A stretch of 64,000 nt of DNA from Poseidonia sp. GTDB taxonomy: Archaea; Thermoplasmatota; Poseidoniia; Poseidoniales; Poseidoniaceae. Below, one piece after another: positions 37,873 to 46,877 of this stretch. Position numbers and translations under genes: made by a program. Position 1 is the stretch's first letter. The number at the start of each line of letters is the position of its first letter. Under the pieces are notes generated by a model. The model was not told the origin of the DNA, did no database searches, and worked only from the letters and a program-made list of their open reading frames with translations. The DNA lies in assembly GCA_040261535.1 (NCBI GenBank), contig JBDQNU010000006.1:3033-67032 (forward strand), given 5' to 3'.

Positions 37873-38553
37873 ATGGGCAGAAGGTGGGCGTTGGTGGTGG
37901 CCCTCATGATGTGTGTAGGCCTCAACACGTCTCCCGCAGTCCAGGCCCACGAACAGAAAACACTCGCCGTGATTCTTCTTGACGATGGAATACCGTCTGG
38001 CAACATCACCGATCCTACCTTTGTGCAGGGCAACGCCGTTTGGTTCCGAATGGAAGACAGTACAAACAACACCTCCATGGTTGTTCAGCTCGATCTCGAC
38101 CAAGACGGGGTGTTCAACGCTTCAAATGATTTTGAATCGGGTGCTTTGGTGAATGCCTGTGAATTGGATGAAAACGGTACCTTGGTCGATGAATCGTGTG
38201 CGGTTTCAGCAACCTACGCCTTCCCAGCGAATGCCAGCACGGGAACGTACACCTTCTGGATTCACCGCACCCACAACGAAAGCGAAGAAAGGTGGGAATA
38301 CCATATTGTGGTTCATGAAGACGTGGATGTAGAAGAAGGGGATGGCCCTTCACCCGGTGATTGTTTTGGTCTGGGTTGTGCCGATGAAGAGACGGCTGCT
38401 GGCGACGCTGTCAATGAAGAAACGGCCGATGAAACAGAGGTGGTGTTGCTCGTCGCCATCATCGCTTTGGTGGGCATGGTGGCGACCGTTCTCTCCATCC
38501 AAAAGGAACGGCGCGAAGAAAAGACGTTTCCGAGCCTCAACGAAGAAGAGTGA
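37873..38553 (+). CDS. Secreted, C-terminally anchored hypothetical protein (possible cupredoxin-like fold)
   Basis: Signal peptide ending VQA-H; G..VWF and GTYTFW segments; acidic linker; C-terminal TM plus basic tail. Confidence 0.72.
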   Translation: MGRRWALVVALMMCVGLNTSPAVQAHEQKTLAVILLDDGIPSGNITDPTFVQGNAVWFRMEDSTNNTSMVVQLDLDQDGVFNASNDFESGALVNACELDENGTLVDESCAVSATYAFPANASTGTYTFWIHRTHNESEERWEYHIVVHEDVDVEEGDGPSPGDCFGLGCADEETAAGDAVNEETADETEVVLLVAIIALVGMVATVLSIQKERREEKTFPSLNEEE

Positions 38554-38758
38554 TTCACCCTTCGATCAGCGGGCAACGAAGGTCGTCGATGATTTCGATC
38601 ACGTGCGATGAAAACAACGATGCTTTGGACAACCGCTTGGCCATGTTTTTTCGTGTGGTTCTCGTCATGTTCTCATGAATTCATTGGTTCTGTTCCTTCT
38701 TCAAAGAATCGGTCGTATGAGGGCAGACCTTGAGAAGGTGAACCGCGACGGCAGTTGC

Positions 38759-40519
38759 ATGGGACACCGACTGGGGCGGGCCTTCTTCCTCGTCGCCTTG
38801 ATGTTGTTGACCCCACTTTCGGGGTGTTTTGGCGAGCAGAACGAAGGCGGGCTCGATTCCCTGGAGGACGTCGCAATCACGCCCTCCACCCTCATCGGAG
38901 GGGTGTTTCAGGGGATGACGATCACCGCGGATGCGGACCTCTCAGCCTTTGTGCCATACCTTATTCTCAATCCAGAGAGTGGTTACGTTCAAAACTCCAC
39001 CGTGGTCGACTTACGAGCAGGCGAATCGGTTCTTCTGACGGTGCTTGCACCTCCAAGAACCGACACGGCCGTCGTGCTGCTGGGTGATTACGGAAGAGAA
39101 CATTGGCCAATTCGGTCCATCGATGAATCGTGGCGGACGTGGTATCAGCGCAACGGCCAAGACCGAAACGACAACCCGGGTATTCAGCGAATTGAAGGCG
39201 TAAACGGGAGTTTGGATGTGGTCCAAACCTCCAACCAAAGCGGTGGGCCTGTCTACGCTCTCCGACTTGCAATTGAACGCCCGATGGCCCCTGCCTACGG
39301 CGAAGCCGATGGTGGTCGTCACTCCACGGGCGTCGTCAGCGGGAGGACGACGTTCAACTTCCTGTCCGCATTAACCGACACCTCTGCAGACCCCACCGAT
39401 GCGGCAGACGGGGCCCTCGGCTACCTTGACCGTTGGGCCGGACAGGGGAACTTCGCCTACGAGGATGCGGCCCTTCACCTCCGCCAAACCTTGGAAAATT
39501 TCGGGCTCGAGGTCATCGTGCAGCGCTTTACGTACGATTCACTCACCACCGGCTCTCAAAACCCAGAGGCCTACAACATCTGCGGGTATCGGTACGGTGA
39601 AGTTGACCCGGACAAGTGGATGGTCTTCGGCGCCCACTTCGACATCGCCCCTCCCGCCAACGCCGCCGTGTTGGACCCGCACGTGTTCGGCAGAACCTAC
39701 GGAACCCGCGTTGGCGCTTACGACAACACGGCAGGAACCAGCATGGTCTTGACCGTTGCTGAAGCGATGGCCAACTATCAAACCCGGAACACGATGGTGT
39801 TCTGTTTGTGGTCGGGCGAAGAAGGTGGAAAGCGTGGAAGCGACTTCTGGACCGACGAATGGGTCAAGGAAGAGAATCCAAACGTCGAGGTCACCAATTA
39901 CGTCAACCTCGACATGGCCGGCGTAAATTGGCCCGGTGGAGGCGGTGCCCCGTGCGGCAACAACCACGGCCCCGACGGTGGATGCGACCCTCAGCCCGAA
40001 GTGGACCCCGACGGGTATCCAAAGGACGAGGAAGTGTGGCCCATGCGGGTTTACATCGGCCCGAGCCTTGACCACGACGTCATGAATCAGCCGGAGATGG
40101 TGGGTTTGGCCTTGTGGATCGGCTCCGACGCCATCGGCGTCGAGAAGCAAATGTCCCCTCTCCTCGGCGAAGGGCACGCTCCAGAAACGTGGAAAGTTGA
40201 CGATTGGATGGCCAAAGACCGGCCGGAGATCATCGTCTACGAGGACACCACGGCCCGTTCAGACCACGCCACCTTCCAAGACAATCTCGGGACGGTCACC
40301 ATGGGCTTCGGAGGGCTGGTTGACGGGTATTGGTGCTACCACCAAACCTGCGATACGCTCGATGAAATGATTGACTGGATGGACACGACCGGGAAGGATT
40401 ACGGCGAAGAACAGAGCGGAACCAGCAACTTGGTGGACGCATTGGACACCATCACGTGGTGGGCAACGTATTCCTTCTTCCATTTGGATGAAAACCCAAT
40501 CCGAAACGCCTACTTGTGA
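38759..40519 (+). CDS. M28 family metallopeptidase, lipoprotein (paralog 2)
   Basis: Lipobox LSGCFG; GAHFD, GAYDNTAG, GEEGG, VNLDM, RSDH and CYH; collinear with 33642-35228. Confidence 0.88.
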   Translation: MGHRLGRAFFLVALMLLTPLSGCFGEQNEGGLDSLEDVAITPSTLIGGVFQGMTITADADLSAFVPYLILNPESGYVQNSTVVDLRAGESVLLTVLAPPRTDTAVVLLGDYGREHWPIRSIDESWRTWYQRNGQDRNDNPGIQRIEGVNGSLDVVQTSNQSGGPVYALRLAIERPMAPAYGEADGGRHSTGVVSGRTTFNFLSALTDTSADPTDAADGALGYLDRWAGQGNFAYEDAALHLRQTLENFGLEVIVQRFTYDSLTTGSQNPEAYNICGYRYGEVDPDKWMVFGAHFDIAPPANAAVLDPHVFGRTYGTRVGAYDNTAGTSMVLTVAEAMANYQTRNTMVFCLWSGEEGGKRGSDFWTDEWVKEENPNVEVTNYVNLDMAGVNWPGGGGAPCGNNHGPDGGCDPQPEVDPDGYPKDEEVWPMRVYIGPSLDHDVMNQPEMVGLALWIGSDAIGVEKQMSPLLGEGHAPETWKVDDWMAKDRPEIIVYEDTTARSDHATFQDNLGTVTMGFGGLVDGYWCYHQTCDTLDEMIDWMDTTGKDYGEEQSGTSNLVDALDTITWWATYSFFHLDENPIRNAYL

Positions 40520-41476
40520 TCAGCGCACCAGCGAAGACACCGGTTCTGCAACGCTGTAGAGCAAATTCATCGGCGACCAAACGCCGGTGAACATCGTCAA
40601 CACCAAAGCTGCAAACACCAGCAAGACGCCAAAGAACACCTGTTCGTTCCAATCCTTGACTTTCAGCCCGTCAAGCGGTCCGAAAGGAAGCATGTTGAAC
40701 AAACCCAAGATCAAGTTCGCACTCAACCAAAACACGCCCGCATCGATGAGCATGGCTTGCCAAACCAACGACCCGTTGACGAGATAAGTTGGCTCAAACA
40801 ACGAAGACACCGTCGCCGATTGGAAGGCTCCGGTGAGGCCAAGGAGGATTCCCCAAAGCGGGATGCCGATCAAAAACAAAGCGAAATTTGTCAGCGGGCC
40901 CGCAACGGCGATGTGGCCGTTTTGACGACGCGTGACGAGTCCCGCAACCATCACGGCTCCCGGCGCCATGAAAAGAAAACCAAGAAACAACGAGAGGAGA
41001 ATACCAAATTGAAGCCCTTTGGGGTCGGCTCGAAACTCGGCCCAACACCCGTGTTTCTTGGCCACGAGTTTGTGGCCGATTTCATGGAACAAAAAGGCCG
41101 GGCCGATGGCGATAAACATCACCGGCATGGACAACAAGAGCATCAGCAACCACGAGGACACCCCCATTGAGGAAAGGCTCGAGAGCCCTCCTACGGCCAT
41201 GAACCCCAGGGCCAGCGTAAACGCGCCCATGGCCAAGCGGAGGTGTTCTTTTTCGGTGTCGCTGAAGTGCCACAGGCGTCCCGTGTGATGTTTGGGCTTC
41301 TCCCAAACTTCCTGGCCAAGAAATTGCATCAATGCGCCGGATAGTGGTGATGAACTCTCAAACTTCGCACGCCCGCCGTACGCCGGTTGATGAACGCGGT
41401 GTATTTTGGGTCGGTCTTGCCGCCGCGAAAAGGGGTCGTCGTTGAGCATATCCGCCCGGGAATCGCGTTTGCCCAT
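40520..41476 (-). CDS. Site-2 protease (M50) family membrane metalloprotease
   Basis: HEIGH, AGPLTN and FNMLPFGPLDG motifs; multiple TMs. Confidence 0.88.
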   Translation of the reverse strand: MGKRDSRADMLNDDPFSRRQDRPKIHRVHQPAYGGRAKFESSSPLSGALMQFLGQEVWEKPKHHTGRLWHFSDTEKEHLRLAMGAFTLALGFMAVGGLSSLSSMGVSSWLLMLLLSMPVMFIAIGPAFLFHEIGHKLVAKKHGCWAEFRADPKGLQFGILLSLFLGFLFMAPGAVMVAGLVTRRQNGHIAVAGPLTNFALFLIGIPLWGILLGLTGAFQSATVSSLFEPTYLVNGSLVWQAMLIDAGVFWLSANLILGLFNMLPFGPLDGLKVKDWNEQVFFGVLLVFAALVLTMFTGVWSPMNLLYSVAEPVSSLVR

Positions 41477-41558
41477 GAGGGTACCATACACAGCTCAACC
41501 TTGAATCCTCGTGTCCGAGGGTTCATGTGGAGGAAAACAATGGGATGATGAGAACACC

Positions 41559-42263
41559 ATGTCCATGCCTCGAAAAGCCATGCAGGAATTAGGCTTTCAG
41601 GCCTGTTGTCTACGGTGCGATGCGGGCGATACGCCCGGCCTCGCCCGCTGCGCCGCATGCATTCAACACCATCGCACCGTACGTGAGGTCTTGGCATCTG
41701 CCCCACCCGATGACCCGCTGTTCCAACTCGCCAAGGAGATCATGGCCATGGCCGCCTCCCCCCAACGGTACAGCCACGACGAGACCCACGGCGAATCGCT
41801 GGTGGAACAAGAGCGCTTAGCAGGGGCCTTGGTCCCTGGGCGCCCAAAACCAACCGAAGAAGACGTCTTTTCATCCTTTGAAGCGCAACGAACAGCAACC
41901 AAGGCAAACGTTCTCCGAGACGTCGGCAATCAAAACCCATGGAGCAGGTCTGGGATTGAGGCCAACGATGCAAGAGAGATTGGAGAAGCGACCCTGTTGG
42001 TGGACGGTTCGGTGGAGGCTTCGTACGGTGCCCGAACCGTCCCGAGCAAGCCCATTCAGTCGGTCGATCGCAGCGACCGTTTAGGAGAAGATACGGCACT
42101 TACCGACCGCGTGCACGCAGCGGCAACCACCTTAGCTCAGGATGAGACGGCGGCGGAAATTTTCGAAGACTTGGCCTTCAAGGAACGGCAACAAGCACGT
42201 AAAAAATTGAAATCTGCGATGGACGACATCAAAAAACTCGTTGAGGACGATTTGGAGTTTTGA
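41559..42263 (+). CDS. Hypothetical protein with N-terminal CxxC...CxxC motif
   Basis: CCLRC...RCAAC and a helical, charged C-terminus. Confidence 0.7.
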   Translation: MSMPRKAMQELGFQACCLRCDAGDTPGLARCAACIQHHRTVREVLASAPPDDPLFQLAKEIMAMAASPQRYSHDETHGESLVEQERLAGALVPGRPKPTEEDVFSSFEAQRTATKANVLRDVGNQNPWSRSGIEANDAREIGEATLLVDGSVEASYGARTVPSKPIQSVDRSDRLGEDTALTDRVHAAATTLAQDETAAEIFEDLAFKERQQARKKLKSAMDDIKKLVEDDLEF

Positions 42264-42264
42264 G

Positions 42265-43026
42265 TCACAACACGGCGTCGTTGAATGTTCGCGGTGAGAA
42301 CGCCTCTTCCAAGCGGTAGGAGAATCGTTGCGTTCCTTTCCCCTTGGATTTCTTTCCAAGGACCTCAACGTGCCCGAGTTCTGCAAGGTTCGAGACGTGG
42401 GTTCCCGCACAAGGGCACATGTCAATTTGGTCACCGATTTGAATCACGCGAAGTTCCCTCACGCTTTCGGGCAGCAAATCCATGTTGGTGCGGTCTGGAG
42501 GCATGATGGCGTTCATGGCTTCACGGGTCATCACCGATTCGGAAACCTGCAGGCCTTCATCGATGCGCTGGTTGGTTGCTTGAATCAATTGCTCCAGCAT
42601 GACGTCATCAAAAGCGATGGGATTGAAATCGATGCGGGAACGGTCGGCGTGAATCTGGTTACCAACCGTTCGAACGCCGTTGAACAATTCGTAGGCGAGG
42701 CCGCTGACGAGGTGTTGGGCCGTATGCATCCGCATGTGGGCGTACCGGGTCTCCCAATCGATGGTCCCGCGAACTTCGTCACCGACCTCCAATTGGTGGT
42801 CAGCACTCACCGTGTGATGCACCGCTTGCCGTCCCCGAACCTCCGACACCTCCACGTGACCGTTTGGCCCCTCGAGGGTTCCCGTATCCCAGTGCTGGCC
42901 GCCTCCCAGTGGATAGAAGAGTGTCCGGTCAAGCACGATGTTGAAGCCCTCGATCGCCGTTACGGTCGCATCAAATCGGCGATGATAGCCGTGCTCGAGG
43001 TCTTCGAGGTACAATTTGACCGTCAT
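42265..43026 (-). CDS. alaX: Alanyl-tRNA editing protein AlaX
   Basis: LDRTLFYPLGGGQHWDTG, MRMHTAQH and CPCAGTHV. Confidence 0.92.
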   Translation of the reverse strand: MTVKLYLEDLEHGYHRRFDATVTAIEGFNIVLDRTLFYPLGGGQHWDTGTLEGPNGHVEVSEVRGRQAVHHTVSADHQLEVGDEVRGTIDWETRYAHMRMHTAQHLVSGLAYELFNGVRTVGNQIHADRSRIDFNPIAFDDVMLEQLIQATNQRIDEGLQVSESVMTREAMNAIMPPDRTNMDLLPESVRELRVIQIGDQIDMCPCAGTHVSNLAELGHVEVLGKKSKGKGTQRFSYRLEEAFSPRTFNDAVL

Positions 43027-43062
43027 GAATAGACCGAACGGAGGGGTCGCCAAGAGGTTTGC

Positions 43063-44139
43063 TCACTCCGGGACGGCGTGCCCCGGGCCGAAATCCTCCA
43101 GGAGGCCGGCGTGTTTCTCATCGGAGCCGTCAATGACAATGGCGGGGGTTTTCCATGCGATGGCGAGGGCGACGGTCGAGTCCCAGAGGGCTCGTAAAAA
43201 GCCGACTTCTTCGTACTCCCAACCTCGTTCTTCGGCATACTCCTTCACGATAGGGGCCGCCTTTGGGAGATTGAAATGGGAAAGAGCCGGAAGGAGGTGG
43301 TGTTCGATTTGATAGTCAAGTCCAACGAAGAAAAACGATCCGACCGGTCCGAGCTTGATGCGGCGCCCGGTTTCAATTTGCAAACGCCAATTTTCGTCGT
43401 ATTCCATGACGATGGGGCGTCCAGCGTGCCCGACGATGAAAATCGCCGTCAAGTAGACGCCGACGCTTGCCCATAGCAGCACATAGAAGCCGACCGTTAC
43501 TTGCCAGGTAAGTCCGAGCATGATCGGAAGAACCAACCAAAGGAAAAAGTGAGCGAGAAGCAAACCCGCATCGAGCAACCACATTTTGTTGAACCGGTTC
43601 TTCTTGGCAACAAACGGCGCCTTGATGATGTATTTGATGCCGTCATATCGCATCAAGTGACCTACAAGTGGCGTGATGATGGGCCAGAAAATGTAGGCTT
43701 GGATGTATTTTTGAAAGAAGCGTCGAACCCGTCCGCTCGTCACGTATTCCTCTTGAGAAAACGTGAGGGGCCACGAATAGATGTCGGGGTCTTTGTCGAT
43801 CACGTTTGGGTGTGCGTGGTGTTTCATGTTGTGCTTTTCTCGCCAGTAATTCATTGACAATCCAGAGAACAGTGGAAACGCCAGGGAGGCAAGGGTGAGG
43901 TTTCCTGCTTTGCTTTTGCAGGCCGAGGAATGAACGCCTTCGTGGCCGATCATGGCGATGGTGGTGGTGAGTAAGCCGGTGAGCGGGAGCAACAGCAACC
44001 CCCATTTGAGAGGGAGGGCGATGTGCGCGGCATACAGGCCGCCGACAACGGCGAGCAAGATGATGATTTTCGTCCAAGATTTGGCCGTGGGCTTGTCCAA
44101 AAGGCCTTTTTCCTGCAGTTTTTTCCGCAAATCTGCCAT
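43063..44139 (-). CDS. Membrane fatty acid desaturase family protein
   Basis: Three His boxes GHEGVH, KHNMKHH and QIEHH; TM segments; no HPGG cytochrome b5 domain. Confidence 0.88.
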   Translation of the reverse strand: MADLRKKLQEKGLLDKPTAKSWTKIIILLAVVGGLYAAHIALPLKWGLLLLPLTGLLTTTIAMIGHEGVHSSACKSKAGNLTLASLAFPLFSGLSMNYWREKHNMKHHAHPNVIDKDPDIYSWPLTFSQEEYVTSGRVRRFFQKYIQAYIFWPIITPLVGHLMRYDGIKYIIKAPFVAKKNRFNKMWLLDAGLLLAHFFLWLVLPIMLGLTWQVTVGFYVLLWASVGVYLTAIFIVGHAGRPIVMEYDENWRLQIETGRRIKLGPVGSFFFVGLDYQIEHHLLPALSHFNLPKAAPIVKEYAEERGWEYEEVGFLRALWDSTVALAIAWKTPAIVIDGSDEKHAGLLEDFGPGHAVPE

Positions 44140-44243
44140 CGGATGTGCTCCCATCTGCGTCACCAACGCACGAGGCGTTCTGGTTGGCGCTAACAAGTGG
44201 AGACTAAGAAAGTGGTGTTTCCAAGCACACCAAATAGTCCTGT

Positions 44244-44963
44244 TCACACAAGTTTTTGCAAAAAGGAACGGACACGACCAACGGCAGCGTCAAACGTGAG
44301 TTCCTCGAGCGAACAGGGAAGATTTGCTTCATAGGTTTCAACAAAGCCTCGCTCGGGAATCCATGATGGTTTTTCAGCCCACCATAATTCGGCGAGACCG
44401 TCGCTTCGATGCAATTCCAACGCTGCATTGGGTGCTTGCTTTGCGTCGGCTTGCAAGAGCAACGCCCCATACCATGGCTGGAGGGGTTCGCTTCGGTACT
44501 CAATACGGTGTTCAGGTTTTACCTGATGCTCGAGACCGCCTGGTCTTGAACCACCGAACTTGGTGAAGTCAACAATACGATTGAGAACGACTTCGGAGGG
44601 GAACGAACGCTCTCCTGCTGTGAGGTCAACTTTGAACCCCTTAGGGTTGGAGGTGGTGTTGAGGACACGGGTTCTTGGAAAGCAGTTCACGCCTTTCTTA
44701 GTTGCTTGATGAGAAAGAAATTTCATCGCCCATTCCATACGAAAGGCCCATCCATGCTCATTTTCGTGAAGCGTCAAAAAATCACGTTGTTCTTTCGATA
44801 ACCAATTTCCGAGAACTTCCAAATCGATCAGCCATCCTGGATACTGAACCGGCATCCCAAGTTCTGCATCGATTTCAAACAAGAAAACTTCGTGCTCATG
44901 TTTCCGAAGTTCGAGAGCGAGCAAGAGACTTTCAAGTGTAGCACCAAGAAGTCCGATGTTCAT
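44244..44963 (-). CDS. Hypothetical protein, degenerate Rossmann/FAD-oxidoreductase-like N-terminus
   Basis: MNIGLLGATLESLLLALEL...VFLFE...ELGMPVQYPG resembles the geranylgeranyl reductase N-terminus but lacks GxGxxG. Confidence 0.6.
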   Translation of the reverse strand: MNIGLLGATLESLLLALELRKHEHEVFLFEIDAELGMPVQYPGWLIDLEVLGNWLSKEQRDFLTLHENEHGWAFRMEWAMKFLSHQATKKGVNCFPRTRVLNTTSNPKGFKVDLTAGERSFPSEVVLNRIVDFTKFGGSRPGGLEHQVKPEHRIEYRSEPLQPWYGALLLQADAKQAPNAALELHRSDGLAELWWAEKPSWIPERGFVETYEANLPCSLEELTFDAAVGRVRSFLQKLV

Positions 44964-44980
44964 AGCAGACCCTTCCATTT

Positions 44981-45187
44981 TTATTCAACTTCGTGAGGCT
45001 TTAATTCCAGGGCGAAAACAGGGCATGATGGAATGCATAATCGACAATGGGTGCAATGTTCTTCATCCACGTAGACCATTCGATTTGTCAAAGTTAGAAT
45101 GTCCACTGGACATAATGCAATGCACGCGCCGCAACCAAAACACCGATCTTCGTCAACGGTGAACCGGTGGTTTTGGAGTCGGCCCAT
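44981..45187 (-). CDS. 2x[4Fe-4S] ferredoxin
   Basis: CFGCGACIALCP and CTHCRLCIPSCP. Confidence 0.92.
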   Translation of the reverse strand: MGRLQNHRFTVDEDRCFGCGACIALCPVDILTLTNRMVYVDEEHCTHCRLCIPSCPVFALELKPHEVE

Positions 45188-45506
45188 GACCTTTGGAATG
45201 AATCCCTATTCATGGAGACTTCGTTTTCCAAAGGAACATGTTGACGTCTTTCAACGAAGTGAGGATGGGGATATGAATAGACCCCTTCATTTCCATTGGA
45301 GATATTTTGAAGTCTGCAATTCAGAACGGGAGAAAGGAGAGAGAAATTCAGAACGGAAAAAACCCGTTGGATATGGTCGCGAGTAGTTAATCAAGTTTAG
45401 GAAAAGAAAAATTGAACTTTCAAGTCGATGAAGATCGAATACTTCTCCAATGGAAGCAAGGGGGTCTGACCCACATCTTCATGAGAGGTCACACAAACCC
45501 AAAGCC
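45188..45506. other. Candidate archaeal replication origin (oriC) with ORB-like elements
   Basis: AT-rich intergenic region with inverted 25-mers ATCTCCAATGGAAATGAAGGGGTCT (minus, 45279-45303) and TTCTCCAATGGAAGCAAGGGGGTCT (plus, 45443-45467), matching the ORB pattern TCCAnTGGAA + G-string. Confidence 0.7.
45318..45356 (+). repeat. 12-bp direct repeat AATTCAGAACGG x2
   Basis: Copies at 45318-45329 and 45345-45356, separated by a purine-only spacer. Confidence 0.8.
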
Positions 45507-46823
45507 ATGGTCCTTTATGCTCCAGGCCGAACGAGTTCGTATCCAGAAGACCCTCCATCATCCGGCTTGCGTTTCCATTACCTTGGCGGCGGTGATGAAG
45601 TTGGGAACGTAGGAATTGTTCTTGAAGATGCGAACGGTACTCGAATTCTTCTCGATTATGGTTTGGCTCCAACTTCGCCACCACGTTATCCTTCAGAAGC
45701 TCCACCCGTTCACGATGCTGTTATCACCCATTCTCATATCGATCATCTTGGAATGGCACCATGGCTTTGTGCGCACCACCGAACACGATTGCACGGCACT
45801 TCGATTACAGCCCAACTTTCCGAGATGATGTGGCATGATTGTTACAAAGTAAGTTCCATCGAAAAATACCCTCTGGCTTGGGATAAACGAGACATTGATA
45901 CTGCCTTGGACTCATGGTATGTCCATGATTTTGGAACATCATGGAAACATCACGATTGGACAATGACCTTGCATCCCGCAGGTCATATTCCGGGTGCGGC
46001 GATGCTTCACATTGAATTGCCCTTCACCAGCGTCCTCATGACGGGCGATTTCGATACACGTGATTCCCCTCTCGTCTCAGGAGCAAAGCCGGTTCGTGCA
46101 GACGTATTGTTCGTCGAAGGAACCTACGGAGGGCGTGATCATCCCGAAAAAGCGGTGGAGATACAACGTTTCATCGATGCCGTTGAACGCGTGGTGAAGG
46201 CCGGAGGCAAAGTCCTCATCCCCGCCTTTGCAAACGGACGAACTCAAGACGTCGTTATGCTTCTCCATCAGCATCTTCCTTGGCTCGATGTTCACGTTGA
46301 CGGAATGGGAAAACGGGTCGCGAAAACCCACCTTGAACACGCCTCTACCCTGCGAGACGGAAGCGCTTTGGAGCGGGCCTGGCGATGGGCAAAACAAGTA
46401 TCAAGCAAATCCGACAAGAAGAAAGCCCTTGCCGGAGACGTCATTGTGACAACCTCGGGAATGCTCGACGGCGGCCCAGCCCTTTGGTACCTTAACCGCC
46501 TACGTCACGATGCGAAAAACGCTGTGTTCTTCACCGGATATCAAGCCCGTGACACGGGCGGGCGCGGGTTGTTGGATACCGGGCGTGTCGAAATCTACGG
46601 AACCCCCGTTCACATTGATCTGGAACTCCTCCAATTCTCTTTTTCAACCCACGCAGGCCACCAAGAAATTCTTGATTTTGCAAAGGCCTGCGAAGCGAAG
46701 CATGTGATCGTTTACCACACGGATCCGAACCATGCACGACCCCCGCTGGTTACGGCCCTTGAAGCACAAGGGCATACCGTTCATCAACCAGTCAACGGTG
46801 AATCGTACGTCCTTGACTTTTGA
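45507..46823 (+). CDS. MBL-fold beta-CASP ribonuclease (aCPSF2/YSH1-like)
   Basis: LGGGDEVG, THSHIDH, AGHIPGA, TGDF, EGTYG, PAFANGRTQ, TTSGMLDGGP, TGYQ and FSTHAG; start moved to ATG 45507 because the track start lies inside the ORB-like element. Confidence 0.88.
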   Translation: MVLYAPGRTSSYPEDPPSSGLRFHYLGGGDEVGNVGIVLEDANGTRILLDYGLAPTSPPRYPSEAPPVHDAVITHSHIDHLGMAPWLCAHHRTRLHGTSITAQLSEMMWHDCYKVSSIEKYPLAWDKRDIDTALDSWYVHDFGTSWKHHDWTMTLHPAGHIPGAAMLHIELPFTSVLMTGDFDTRDSPLVSGAKPVRADVLFVEGTYGGRDHPEKAVEIQRFIDAVERVVKAGGKVLIPAFANGRTQDVVMLLHQHLPWLDVHVDGMGKRVAKTHLEHASTLRDGSALERAWRWAKQVSSKSDKKKALAGDVIVTTSGMLDGGPALWYLNRLRHDAKNAVFFTGYQARDTGGRGLLDTGRVEIYGTPVHIDLELLQFSFSTHAGHQEILDFAKACEAKHVIVYHTDPNHARPPLVTALEAQGHTVHQPVNGESYVLDF

Positions 46824-46877
46824 TGTCAGGAAGCGAAGTCATTGAATACATCCACGCATAGGGACAGGACGAGTCCC

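Noticed and set aside
45366..45394. GTTGGATATGG-TCGCGA-GTAGTTAATCAA as an archaeal dif/Xer site
   Set aside because: The left arm loosely resembles Thermococcales dif, but the arms are not inverted repeats and the inner TAA/TTA are missing
45279..45467. Repeats as a CRISPR array or MITE terminal inverted repeats
   Set aside because: Only two inverted imperfect copies, no spacers or cas genes, no target-site duplication or transposase; the ORB pattern fits better
45397..45705. Short ORFs spanning the AT-rich intergenic region, including the 45450 start for the beta-CASP gene
   Set aside because: They overlap the ORB-like element and have no recognisable motifs; ATG 45507 is a better start
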